From Macrostomum hystrix (Eukaryota > Animalia > Platyhelminthes), in the NCBI GenBank assembly GCA_950097015.1, contig CATNEN010000025.1, positions 992,001 to 1,056,000 of the forward strand: a DNA stretch of 64,000 nt. The letters run 5' to 3'. Shown here piece after piece: positions 36,645-49,714 of the stretch. The notes under the pieces were generated by a model. It made no database searches. It had not been told where the DNA came from and saw only the letters and a program-made list of their open reading frames with translations. Numbering within the stretch: position 1 is the first letter of the stretch; each line of letters begins with the position of its first letter. The translations under genes and the position numbers were made by a program.

Positions 36645-38397
36645 TGAAAAGCTACTGATCCCATTGTATTTGAAAGGGAAAAGCTACTGATCCCATTGTA
36701 TTTGAAAGGGAAAAGCTACTGATCCCATTGTATTTGAAAGGGAAAAGCTACTGATCCCATTGTATTTGAAAGGGAAAAGCTACTGATCCCATCGGATTTG
36801 AAAGAGGAAAGCTACTGATCCCATTGTATTTGAAAGCGAAAAGCTACTGATCCCATTGTATTTGAAAGGGAAAAGCTACTGAAGCCATCGTATTTGAAAG
36901 GGAAAAGCTACTGATCCCATTGTATTTGAAAGCGAAAAGCTACTGATCCCATTGTATTTGAAAGGGAAAAGCTACTGATCCCATTGTATTTGAAAGGGAA
37001 AAGCTACTGATCCCATTGTATTTGAAAGGGAAAAGCTACTGATCCCATCGGATTTAAAGCAGGAAAGCTACTACTGATCTCATTGTATTTGAAAGGGAAA
37101 AGCTACTGATCCCATTGTATTTGAAAGGGAAAAGCTACTAAAGCCATCGTATTTGAAAGGGAAAAGCTACTGATCCCATTGTATTTGAAAGCGAAAAGCT
37201 ACTGATCCCATCGGATTTGAAAGGAAAAAGCTACTGATCCCATTGTATTTAAAGCAGGAAAGCTACTACTGATCCCATTGTATTTGAAAGGGAAAAGCTA
37301 CTGATCCCATTGTATTTGAAAGGGAAAAGCTACTGAAGCCATCGTATTTGAAAGGGAAAAGCTACTGATCCCATTGTATTTGAAAGGGAAAAGCTACTGA
37401 TCCCATTGTATTTGAAAGGGAAAAGCTACTGATCCCATTGTATTTGAAAGGGAAAAGCTACTGATCCCATTGTATTTGAAAGGGAAAAGCTACTGATCCC
37501 ATTGTATTTGAAAGCGAAAAGCTACTGATCCCATTGTATTTGAAAGGGAAAAGCTACTGATCCCATTGTATTTGAAAGGGAAAAGCTACTGATCCCATCG
37601 GATTTGAAAGGAAAAGCTACTGATCCCATTGTATTTGAAAGGGAAAAGCTACTGATCCCATTGTATTTGAAAGGGAAAAGCTACTGATCCCATTGTATTT
37701 GAAAGGGAAAAGCTACTGAAGCCATCGTATTTGAAAGGGAAAAGCTACTGATCCCATTGTATTTGAAAGGGAAAAGCTACTGATCCCATTGTATTTGAAA
37801 GGGAAAAGCTACTGATCCCATTGTATTTGAAAGGGAAAAGCTACTGATCCCATTGTATTTGAAAGGGAAAAGCTACTGATCCCATTGTATTTGAAAGCGA
37901 AAAGCTACTGATCCCATTGTATTTGAAAGGGAAAAGCTACTGATCCCATTGTATTTGAAAGGGAAAAGCTACTGATCCCATCGGATTTGAAAGGAAAAGC
38001 TACTGATCCCATTGTATTTGAAAGGGAAAAGCTACTGATCCCATTGTATTTGAAAGGGAAAAGCTACTGATCCCATTGTATTTGAAAGCGAAAAGCTACT
38101 GATCCCATTGTATTTGAAAGGGAAAAGCTACTGATCCCATTGTATTTGAAAGGGAAAAGCTACTGATCCCATCGGATTTGAAAGGAAAAGCTACTGATCC
38201 CATTGTATTTGAAAGGGAAAAGCTACTGATCCCATTGTATTTGAAAGGGAAAAGCTACTGATCCCATCGGAATTGAAAGGAAAAAGCTACTGATCCCATT
38301 GTATTTAAAGCTGAAAAGCTACTGATCCCATTGTATTTAAAGCTGAAAAGCTACTGATCCCATTGTATTTAAAGCTGAAAAGCTACTGATCCCATCG
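36645..38397. repeat. 32-bp minisatellite GCTACTGATCCCATTGTATTTGAAAGGGAAAA
   Basis: About 54 units. Confidence 0.97.
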
Positions 38398-39666
38398 ACA
38401 TAAGAATGTTGCAATTTTCTGTTTCCCCATTCTCTCGTCAAGAGAAGAAGTAACACAGTCCTAAAACCCTGCTAGAAGGGATAATTATGTAATCGCGGAG
38501 CTCACAGATCCCTAGGACTGTCAGATTGCTAAAGGCCGCCTGTCTTATAGACAAAACAAGGCCGCAATGGCGAAGCATATTTATTCGAAAATGTTACAGG
38601 ATACCTCAAGTTGTCTCCGACTCTTGAGACCTCATATACTTTTCGCTCATGTGTTTGCTATTTTTGCCTAGCGGCTAGCAGAGCGACAGACTGATGAACT
38701 CAAAAATAAATGTGAACCTGCGTCAAGCAAAGGGAATCCGATTTTTTTCGGGCTGGAGAGCAGAATACACAGCTGTTCTTATTATGAGCTCCTAAATGTA
38801 GAGCGCATACCCGAAGCCCTACTTATTTTTTTCCCGTTCTAATAATAACAGGACAGGTTTGACGCATCTGTTCGTTTGAGAATGGGAAATGCACAGACGC
38901 GAAGTTGAGCTGACGTAAGCATTTTTATAGATGCACAATTATGCGTTTAAAATGGGAAATGTAAATAATGCAAGTTGCTTCCTCGCTGCGTCCGTCATGG
39001 AGGCTCCCTGCCGCTAAGTCAATGCAAGTTGCTTGTTCTAAGAACCTCTAGAAGAAGAAGGATGGGACACTTCGCTTCTTGGAAAATGTATTGGAGGCTG
39101 GTTTACGCGGAAAAATGCGAAGTGAACGAAAGCTCCGGAAACCGTAGGAAAGATGATTTCTCGATTAATTTAATTATTTTAGTCGATAATACACCTGGGA
39201 ATGTGGAAAACACAGGCAGAGAGAGAGACAGAAAGTTGAGTAAGCAAATTGAGATTAGGAAGATTGACAGCTTTGGTATTATAAGTGTACTATAGTTGTT
39301 TACCAATCAGCAATAATAATAGATCATTGCAGTCAAGCAGGCGAACCCCCAAGAGACTGACCTGGCTGACTCTGCCACTGATGCTGCTTACAGTACCCTG
39401 GATGTGAGCAGGGACTCATAGTTAAATGATTGCCCGGCTATTATGAGCTTGGAGTGCTTGAGCACTCGAGCCAGTGTTGGGAGAAGTGTGCATGAGACGA
39501 CCTTCCCGTCAGTCTCATCTTTACTGCTGGAGATTTCTATTTCTATTGACTGATGCATTAGCCATTGTTGACAATTGCTGTGTGACTTAGGGGCTTACTG
39601 CAAGCTGCAATTGCAAAGTTACTCTTTTAAAAGGACCCAGTTTTATACCCGTTGACTACCGGTACC

Positions 39667-39830
<164 letters not shown>

Positions 39831-40292
39831 GATATGCAGTTATTTCTCATATCAGGAAAAGCTGATTAGGTCTAGAAGAGGAAGAACTAATTAGCTAAAT
39901 TTTTATTTCCAAATTCGGAATTCCAAGATCGCCCAGCAGAAAATTAGCTAATGAAATCGCCTAGTTAAGAAGGACTTTCTTGAGACAGCCGCGGATCAGG
40001 CAAAACTCGAGAAGATTCACGTAACGAAAGTTACGTCCGGCAATTTTCCGGCTCGCATAATACACATCGGTTGCCGATTTCAGAAACCTAGAATTGAGAG
40101 GAGATGAGATAGACAGGGCTGAACGATAACGTGATCCCATTGGCTGGTTTGCAGCCCTCCCAGCCTCCCCTCCTGCCCTACTCCGTACCGCACCTGATGC
40201 CCATAAAAGTCCCCAAAAAGCTCTAGACTAGTTGCTCATGTGCGCTTAGGATAATTTAGAATAGTTTTTTTCTTCTTCCTTTTCCCATTCAG

Positions 40293-43200
40293 AAGACTTG
40301 ACATCAGAGCTGCCGAAGCCATCAACCGTCTGTAAGGATCGCTTCAAAATGCAACAGCAGCAGCAGCAGCAGCAGTATCCGACCCTGATTTCAGCGGCAG
40401 CCAATTTTCTAGCCGTTCCCGGCGTTCCCAGATCGCAGTCGCGCCCCGACTCGATTCCCAACTCGCCCAGCAGGCTGCTCTGCGCCCGCTCCGCGCCGAA
40501 GGATTTGGGCCGCTGCTCCGCCAAGGGCCGCTTCTATCGCGGCGGCTTTGTAGCCTCCACCGGAGTGCCTGGCGGAGGGCGACGGCCGGGCCAAGCCGGC
40601 CTCGCTGCCAGATCGCGTGTCGCCGTTGGCAAAATTTCGCGGCTCTTCAACTAATTCGACAGCGGCAGCATCGCAGAAGCAGCAGACTGGCGGCGGCAGC
40701 CGACTGAACTTTATTCGACGCTTCAAGCGCTTCAACAGCAACAAAAACGTCGAGGACTGGAGCTCGGAGACCTACAGATCCACTACGATCCTGGACGATG
40801 CTAATCGACTCTACGAAGCTGTCGAAGCCGATGACGCCGTCAACCTGGCGGACATCCTGGCCAGAAGGCCGGTGCTGAAGAACTGCATTAACGACCTGCA
40901 GCTCAGCCCGCTCGACATGGCGCTGATCCGCGGTCGGCAGCGTTCCGCCCAGCTGCTGGCCGGGCAGGACGCCGTCTGCAACCCTCGCCTCATCGGTGGC
41001 ATGGAGGCGCACCTGGTGGACACGGTGCACCGACTCGCTGAAGAGATCGTGAGCACCTCCGCCAAGCTGCTCAGCCGATCGTCGGCCAGCAGTCAGGACA
41101 CGGAAGAGGAGCTTGACAGCCTGGAGCAGACCCACCGGCTGGCCCAGCGGCTGCTGGCAGACCTGCGCCAGTCGCCGCCGACGCCGCCGCCTGCCGGCGT
41201 CAGCCTGGAGGTTTCCGGCGCCGAGTCGTTGAAAGTGACGGTAGCCGCACCGTGCGGCAGCGTCGCTCTGCGCTACCGCATCGACTGGTCGGCGGAGCCC
41301 GACTTCTCCACCCTGCTGGGCAGCCGAGAGGCTGAGGCGCGCGCCCCCCGCTCGGCCTTTCAAATCCAGCGGCTGCCGCCTGGCCGTCCGGTGTTCATCC
41401 GAGTGGCCGCCTTCTGCCACGCCGGCTGGGGCGCGACCCGCCGTTCGGAGCCGGCCGCATTAGCGCCCTCGGCCTGGTGGCAGGCTCCGGGTTGCACGGC
41501 AGCCTCCGCCAACTCCTCCAGGCCGACTTGGTGACGGAACTGCGCGCAGGATTTGCCGACGAAATCGCCACCTGGCTGCGCAGCAATCAGGAGCTGCAGT
41601 CGCCCAAGCGGCAGCAGAGTCAGGAACAGCAGCAGCAGCAGCAGCAGCAGCAACATGCCAGGTGCAAGTCGCCGCTCAGAAAGCGAACAAGTCTTCACCG
41701 GCTATTCTCTGGCGGCGGGAGCAGCAGCAGCAGCGGCAGCGGCAGCGGCAGCGGCAGCGGCGATGGCGGCGGCAGCAGCTGCGCCACAAATAGCTCCGGC
41801 TCCAGCAGCGACTGTCCTCGCGGCGAAATAGTTCGCCGGCCTCGCCAAGGCCTCTTTGTCACAGCCGTGCTGCACACAGCCGACCGGGTGCTGCTACTGG
41901 ACGACGCCCTGCCGCACGCCCAGGCCGAGGCGGAGCTCAGCCCGGCCATGAACCTCACGGCTGACCTGGCCTGGCTTAGCCGCCTGCTGGCCGACGGCAC
42001 CAGCCTTCGCAGCTTGGCTGGTCGGCTCGAGCGGCTGGGCTGGCCGGAGTCGCAGTCCACCCGGGCCGGCCTCGCCCTGGCCGCCAGCCGCCTCCAGGAG
42101 GCTCTCGGCACCGAGCTGCTCGGCCAGGTCTATCCGACGGTTGTGCGCGACGCCTCCGTCGCCTTCTTCGTGCTGGTCTGCCGGCTGGACTCCGTTCGCC
42201 ACGCCGAGACGGCTTCGCTGTCCGGAGCGCGCTGGTCCCCGCTGGCCTCCCTCGCCAACCGCAGCGCCTCCTGTCCTGGCGAGGAGCTGCTGATTAGCCG
42301 ACTCGACGACCTGCTGGCGTTCTCGTCCAGAGCTCTGGTTGCCATGGAAACCGGGCTCTACCTGGGCTACGTGCACTTGTGCAGCGGCATGGACAGCGTG
42401 AGCATCCTGGTGGACAGCGGCCAGCCGAGCTGCGTGCCCTGCGTGCGTCTTCGCGACAACCCGCACGTGTCCCGCGGCGAATGGCGCCGACTGTTGGAAT
42501 TGCCTGCCGCCTCCGCGGGCAAGGACGGCGAAGCTGAAGACTGCGCAGAATCCGAAAGCGATGCGTTGGACGGCGAGAGTGAGGCCGACAACGAGGCCGG
42601 ACGCAGATTTGTAGAGTCGGTACGCAGCGGTGCTGGCCGCCTGTGCGACATCCTGAGACTGCCGACTGCCCAGCGGGCCAGGGTTCGAGTCTACACGGGA
42701 CAGGTAGATTTTATTTTATTTTTTCTTTTTTTTTTATTCGCCTTACATCCACTCCTACATCCACCCATAATAATAATAATAATTGCAGGAGGGCTGCGGC
42801 AGTGGCACATCATTTAGTGACACTAGACCCGCAGCCAGCGAGGAGGCAATTCTGCCCATTTCGCTGACTCCTGAGCACACACGCACACAAATACTATACG
42901 CAGGCATACGCTCACACAGGTGTGTATATCTGCACTGACATTCTCATCGTCAGGCAGTGTACATTTCACTGTGCCTGTGTTCATCCACCCATACACCAGC
43001 CCCTACATCCGCCCCTACATCCGCTCCCATATCCGCTCTTGCCTGTCTAAATCAGGCATTTCCATTCCTCGAATCCGCAGGTGGTGCAGCTGGGCCCGCG
43101 AGTTGGCCTCCTGCTGGCCTTCCCGCCTCCCGACTCCGTCTGCACCGCCCCAGGAGCCGCAGACCCCCTTGCAGGCGTGGCCGGCCTCAGTCGGGTCCCG

Positions 43201-43986
43201 CTGCCGCTGTTCGATCAGCTGCACTTCCGCGTCCACGGCGGCCGTTGGCACGCCGATCTGGCAGCGCTGAGCGCCGGGCTTGAGCTCTTCCTGGCGCTAG
43301 CCAATCACGCTCAGCGGGGCGCCTTTACCGACGCCGAGCTGGCCGAGGCCAAAGGTCGGGTGGCTCGTCTGCAGTCGGTGCAGACAAGGCTGGAGTCCCT
43401 TGTCAGGCCGCAGCGCTGGTCCCACACTGCCATCAGCACCGCCCGCGACCGCTCGGGCTGCTGCCACTGCTGCGTGGAGATTTCGCCGCCGGGCCCGACT
43501 GGTCAGCCGGAGGGTCGGCGGCTGTCTCCGCCGCAGGGCTCGCTGAGGGTTCGAGCACCGTCCGCTCCGACTGACCGGCAGGACCGGTGGGTGACCCTGC
43601 AGGCCACCTGCCAGACCACAGCCGAGGATCTTTGCCAGGGCGTCCTAGCCCAGCTGGCTCAGCGGACTCCAAGGCGACAGCGCCAGTCAGAGGGCGACGC
43701 CAGCGCTGCGGCTGGAGTGTCGCTGGTTGTGTCGCTGGGCGGCCATGAGCTGCCGCTGCCGCCGGCTGCCCGGCCGTTGCAGCTGCCGCAGCCGTGGCGG
43801 GACGGCCAGCTCTCGGTGCGGCGCAATTCCGACCTGTTGGTTGGCCGTAGTTCACCGTTGCATCGTCAGCAGCAGCAGCAACAGCAGCAGTTGTCCGCCG
43901 TTCCTGTGGCGGCTGCCGCGGCCGCTGCCGCAGCTGCAGCCGCCGCCGCGGTGGACTCGGAGGGCACCGTTGTGTTCGACCTGTGA
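40293..43986 (+). CDS. ANKFN1: Ankyrin-repeat and fibronectin type III domain protein (ANKFN1 / wide awake family) with a C-terminal RA-like region; exons 40293-42703 (two compensating frame breaks) and 43081-43986
   Basis: LYEAVEADD..LSPLDMAL (ankyrin), LEVSGAESLKV..RYRIDWSAEPDFSTL..VFIRVAAFCHAGWG (FN3), GLFVTAVL, GLYLGYVHLCSGMDSVSILV, VRLRDNPHVSRGEW and the spliced RVYTGQ-VVQLGPRVGLLLAFPPPDSVCTAPG..PLPLFD match ANKFN1. GT-AG intron 42704-43080 is phase 0. First in-exon ATG is at 40349. Confidence 0.9.
42780..43045 (+). mobile_element. Dispersed element B in the ANKFN1 intron, sense orientation
   Basis: AATTGCAGGAGGGC..GACACTAGACCCGCAGCCAGCGAGGAGGCAATT..TTCGCTGACTCCTGAGCACACACGCACACAAATACT..CTCATCGTCAGGCAGTG matches the reverse complement of 12110-12302. 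Confidence 0.85.
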
Positions 43987-44914
43987 CCTCAGGCAGGATA
44001 TTTCTGGCGATCCAACGGACAAGCACATATTATTCAGTCCACAGAAGAAAGCCATTTGAGGAGTGTACAGATATTTATTTGTTCGATTTGGTCCATTATA
44101 CATTACATATTACATAATTTATACATATAAATTATTTTGCCATTAAACAACTAAAAAAGATCTATCAGCCTTCAAAAATCTATTGTTTAACATTGAACTT
44201 TAAACTTTAGCGCCATTATCGCTGATTAAAAGTAGTTTATAAAATCTAATTTTCAATGCTTTATAGCGCTTGCTAATTATGTTTAAGATTTTTTTTCGCG
44301 CGAATTTAAACTTCTATTCTTTTAGTTACGCTTCTAGCCGCTTTTTAAAGCTTTTAATCTTCTAATTTATTTAATTATCCACCCGGTAAACATTAAAGTC
44401 AAGTTTTGTTACGACGCTTAGCAAGTAAATTGTTTTAATATTAAATAACTTTGTTTTAATCGTTTGTAACATTCCTGTAAAAAGCTTAAACCGAACTCAT
44501 CCTCATAAAAAAAGATATTTTGCGTTTGTTTAAACTAGATAGCTATGATATATTTTTAAGTTGTAACTATGTACGAAATAGTTTTGCTGATTATATATAG
44601 CGTGTCTATATATGGACGATTCGCAGATGTTATATTCGGCTTTGTTAAAATTGTGATAAATGAATTCAATTGCTTTCACGAATTCAACGCTAATCACATA
44701 TATTTCAGTGACAAGAAAAAAATACCTCGATATATCGTGCTTAATAATTCGATATTATTTTTCACAACCCACAATACTTATAATTGTTCCGTGTACAATT
44801 CTGACTATTCCCCAGTGACTGTACAAATTGAAATAAATCGAATTGTAAATCAAATAAAGTGATAATTCGATAAAAAATTGTTTGGACTATTGCATTTCCT
44901 CAGCAGCTGGGCTA

Positions 44915-45613
44915 GTGCTATCAGGTATACTATCAGGTGTGCCTATCAGGTGTACTATCAGGTGTGCCATCAGGTGTACTATCAGGTGTACTATCAGGTG
45001 TGCCATCAGGTGTACTATCAGGTGTACTATCAGGTGTGCCATCAGGTATACTATCAGGTGTACTATCAGGTGTGCTATCAGGTGTGCTATCAGGTGTGCT
45101 ATCATGTGTGCTATCAGGTGTGCTATCAGGTGTGCTATCAGGTGTGCTATCATGTGTGCTATCAGGTGTACTATCAGGTGTACTATCAGGTGTGCCATCA
45201 TGTATATTATCAGGTGTACTATCATGTGTGCTATCAGGTGTGCTATCAGGTGTGCTATCATGTGTGCTATCAGGTGTGCCATCAGGTGTGCTATCAGGTG
45301 TGCTATCAGGTGTGCTATCAGGTGTAGCTATCAGGTGTGCTATCAGGTGTACTATCAGGTGTACTATCAGGTGTGCCATCAGGTGTGCTATCAGGTGTGC
45401 TATCAGGTGTGCTATCAGGTGTGCTATCATGTGTGCTATCAGGTGTGCTATCATGTGTGCTATCATGTGTGCTATCAGGTGTACTATCAGGTGTGCAATC
45501 AGGTGTACTATCAGGTGTGCAATCAGGTGTACTATCAGGTGTGCTATCAGGTGTACTATCAGGTGTGCAATCAGGTGTACTATCAGGTGTGCTATCAGGT
45601 GTGCTATCAGGTG
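44915..45613. repeat. 12-bp minisatellite TATCAGGTGT(GC/AC)
   Basis: Directly visible; a SINE-A fragment (CAGTCCACGAACTGAACAGCTGTTCA) follows at 45625-45652. Confidence 0.95.
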
Positions 45614-46621
45614 TGTTGGCCACCTCAGTCCACGAACTGAACAGCTGTTCAGCCCTCCATGCCAATCTATCTATTAAGAGAGCTTCAAGACGCTCTTGCA
45701 CTATTCTAAATATATCATCTGCATTGTATTCTCTCGCAAATTAAAATAGCCTCCATATTTGGAAAACGTTATTGACACTTTCACAAATGACAAACAATTC
45801 AGTTCGTACTCTCTTGTGTAGGCGTGTGCTCATATCCTAACTGTTATCTCTAGTGGGGGCTAAATTTAAACTGGTGCGATTTTTAGGAGGCCAGGAAATT
45901 CCTGCAAGTCAAGCGAGATAAGGTTGAGCGATTTTAAATCCCAGATTTTCCATAAAGCTAATTTCATGCCATCTGTTTAACAGGCAGAGTTAGTGCCGAT
46001 AAAAATATTTAAGGACATTGCTGACCTTTAGTTAAAAATGGCGTTATTGCATGAGAAGAAAAAAGCTTCAAGAAATAAAATAGCACAGAGATATAAGCCG
46101 GTAAGAAACTTGGCGAACATTTTGGAAACAATTTCAAATAGCATTGATTGCAAGAAGATAGAATCGAAATACTTCAGATACGGGCCATATTACAGAGATT
46201 TTCCTTGTAGGGAAGGCCAAGCGGACGCTGGGGACATTGTCACGTGTCGCAGCAAGGCATTCGTTCGGTGCTAAATCCGCCCGTCGCGTTCCCTATACCT
46301 ACCTTGCTCGGGAAGCTGCAGGGCAGATGATAAATTTTGGATAATCCGTCTTCAAGTGGATTATTCCTTCTCGGCTCTCCTGTTACAAGCGACATCACTT
46401 TGAATTCTTGATCACGTGACGCAATGCTGCTGAAGACGCTGTGAGATCAGCGCTAATCCAGGCCTGGTCACACCCCCTGCTGGGCCGCCATCAACGGCGA
46501 AACGCGATAAATTTAACAGAAATCTGTGCACTTTTCCCATTTCACCTGCCACCCGCCGCTTATTCTTGGAGGCTGCGCGAAGCTCAGAGTGAAAAGACGG
46601 CTGTCGTAGGCGTAATACCAT

Positions 46622-46803
<182 letters not shown>

Positions 46804-46864
46804 CCCCTTTGACGCGTTAATAAGTAAGTTTACTGTTCGCGCTGGTTCGTTATTTGGTGTCAGT

Positions 46865-47074
46865 CGACGCGCAGTAAGCGAGGCAATTCTGCCTACTCCG
46901 CTGACTCCTGAGCACACACGCACTCAGATACTGTACGCAGGCAGACACTCACACGGGTGTGTATACTCGTATCTGCTCTCACTTCCTCATCGTCAGGCAG
47001 TGTACACTGTCACTGTGCCTTGGAGGTTGGCCCTCAATGGTTGAGCTCGAGAATCGTTAGTCCGCTCTGCCACT
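46865..47074 (+). mobile_element. Dispersed element B, diverged copy between inverted microsatellites
   Basis: GAGGCAATTCTGCC..GCTGACTCCTGAGCACACACGCAC..CTCATCGTCAGGCAGTGTACAC..TTGGAGGTTGGC..CCGCTCTGCCAC. Confidence 0.8.
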
Positions 47075-47075
47075 C

Positions 47076-47131
<56 letters not shown>

Positions 47132-47387
47132 GGACAGACAGACAGACAGACAGATAGACAGACAGACAGACAGGCAGACAGACAGACCGACAGACAGACA
47201 GACAGACCGACAGACAGACAGACAGACAGACACAAAGACAGACAGACAGACCGACAGACAGACAGACAGACCGACAGACAGACAGACAGACAGACACAAA
47301 GACAGACAGACAGACCGACAGACAGACAGACAGACAGACGACAGACAGACAGACAGACTGACCGACAGAGAGACAGACAGACAGACC

Positions 47388-47431
<44 letters not shown>

Positions 47432-47432
47432 G
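47075..47432 (-). repeat. (CAGA)n microsatellite, reverse complement of 46622-46803
   Basis: Directly visible. Confidence 0.95.
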
Positions 47433-47931
47433 GCCAATTAGTCCCTTACCCCTCATAGGCAGCAGACGAGGCAGTCGGTAAGGCCCCTCAACAATTTTCA
47501 TTGAATTGAAAGTTCCTATAGCGAGTCGTGACAGAGCATTCGTGATCAGTTGTTACCTACTTCTGTACGCGAACTGTAATTACTACTAGTCGCCAGATCC
47601 CAAAAATAAGCGCCATGCTCAGCGCTTCAAAGCTCCACTCAATGCTGAGTCGATACTTAATTCAGGGCCTGCCTGGCTCTGTGATGACATTGTTTGTTAA
47701 AACGAAGTCCTTCTGACTTTAGAAAATCAGCGATGTACTAATAGATGATGCCAACTGTAATGTTTATTAAATATGTGAGGGCTGAATTTTTCCAGAGCCT
47801 TTCAGCCTCAAGAAATCAATATTTTTGAAGAGTGACTCCATTCAATCATTTTACTTTGACAAATAATTTAAGCATCGGTTTAACGCCGTTTAACTTTATT
47901 ATACTTTATTATAACGCCTTTTAACTTTATA

Positions 47932-48075
47932 GTTTATCACTCGAGAAACAGTTGACTTTGATTGTTTATCACTCGAGAAAGCAGTTGACTTTGATTGTTT
48001 ATCACTCGAGAAACAGTTGACTTTGACTTGTTTATCTCTCGAGAAACAGTTCACTTTGATTGTTTATCACTCGTG
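47932..48075. repeat. About 32-bp repeat x4 (TTTATCACTCGAGAAACAGTTGACTTTGATTG)
   Basis: Directly visible. Confidence 0.85.
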
Positions 48076-49714
48076 AACTTGACATTCGATAACTTTGGAA
48101 GCATGCACAAACCTAGGATCTTATATCGAAAAAATCAGTAATTTTTATGAGCAGGTGACCCATTCATGAGAAGGCGTGCTTGAAAAACGAAGAGAAGAAA
48201 AAACCTTAAGCAATCTGTTGAATATCCCGCTGTGCAAGGCTCTGTCATTTTGTGTCCATTTCAGGGCGTGTTTTTGTCATCATTGTCTGCTAAATTAATT
48301 AGCAAGTTTTTAACTCAGAAGTCCTTCACATGCTGTCTGCGTGCAACAAAAAATGAAATATATTTTCCCTGAATAGATGAGACGAAAATGTTTGTCTCTT
48401 TATTATCCAAGTAAATACTACGAGCTATATATCTAGCAATATATTGATAGTAAAGCACGGACTATAAAGCTAGGATTTACTGAAAATAACATTTATTATT
48501 TATTACTTATTCAGTATTTCCACTTTGGCAATTCGTTAAGAGTTTTTTAAGGTGTTTAACATTTTCAAATAATACAAAATCAAGAGTCCAAATCGGCTAC
48601 ACTGTCTTGTTTTGTTCTTTTTCTCAAATAACATTCAGTTCAGGCTACATTGTGGGCCCTAAAAGCGATTTCACGTGAATTTCAGTCCTTATAGAACTTA
48701 AAGAAGCAGTTACAATGTAGGGCTTAGCATTGGATCGGTTATCCTGTCCTAACTGGGATTAGTGGTTTTTATTTTTTCACGATGCTTTTTGGAATCGGTC
48801 CATGAGTAAAATGCTGCAAAGCAGCTCTGATAAGTAAACAGGAAATTCGCTGCCATTTTTCTTTGAGATAGAGATTGCTGGCTGACGATCAGGAAAATCT
48901 GATGAAGAAAAGCATCGAGGACAGGAACATAGAGTGGACATAGGAACATATTTAAAAAGGCTTTTGATGGTTTACGAAGTATGCTGGTTTAGGTAGCGAG
49001 CTTGTTTTAAATAAACTTTTTTCATAAAAATCGGGTGCCATGTTGACATAAACGGCGCCTTTAAGTATCACCAAAAATAAAAAAGAATTAATGTTTTATC
49101 ATTTTTAGCATAGATTACACAAGTATGTAGCTTTATATGTCAATATGTTGACTTTTGTATCAACATATTTCCGACTGTAGATGCAAAACAATTTTAGTTT
49201 TTTTTGCGGTAGAAACTACATAAAGTGTTCGCAAGACAAAATTACATTTTCTTGTTTTTTTCATTTAATTGGATGTTTCAAGATAACTCACAAATTCTTT
49301 ACATTTTATTGCTCAACTTCAACGACGTCTTTAAATTACAATTTAATGCAAGGTCATTAAAAAATTGTCTAACCGGATTGCGTCCAGCAATAAAACAAAA
49401 TTGTAATTTAACTTAAAAAAATTCGATTTCCGATGACTATTGTGAGAGAGAAAAACTACAGTTTTATAAAACTATTTACTTTTAAAATTCCGATTTGTTA
49501 TATATGTACTGCGTGAAGACTTGGCAAACTATCATATATGAAATCCTTAAGTATTCCTACGGCACGCTATCATGCCCCCTGCCGCATGATATATGCAAAT
49601 AGTGTCGTTATCGTTACATCCGAATCAATCATACTGTTATATAAAGCATTAATAAAATTTGCACGAAGTAGTGCTCACTTCGTTGCTTAACATGTGCGAG
49701 AATTTTTTATCGGC

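Noticed and set aside
36645-38397. CRISPR-like appearance of 30-36-bp repeats (also 5310, 25555, 53893 and 57470)
   Set aside because: Units are head-to-tail without unique spacers, there are no cas genes, and the context is eukaryotic.
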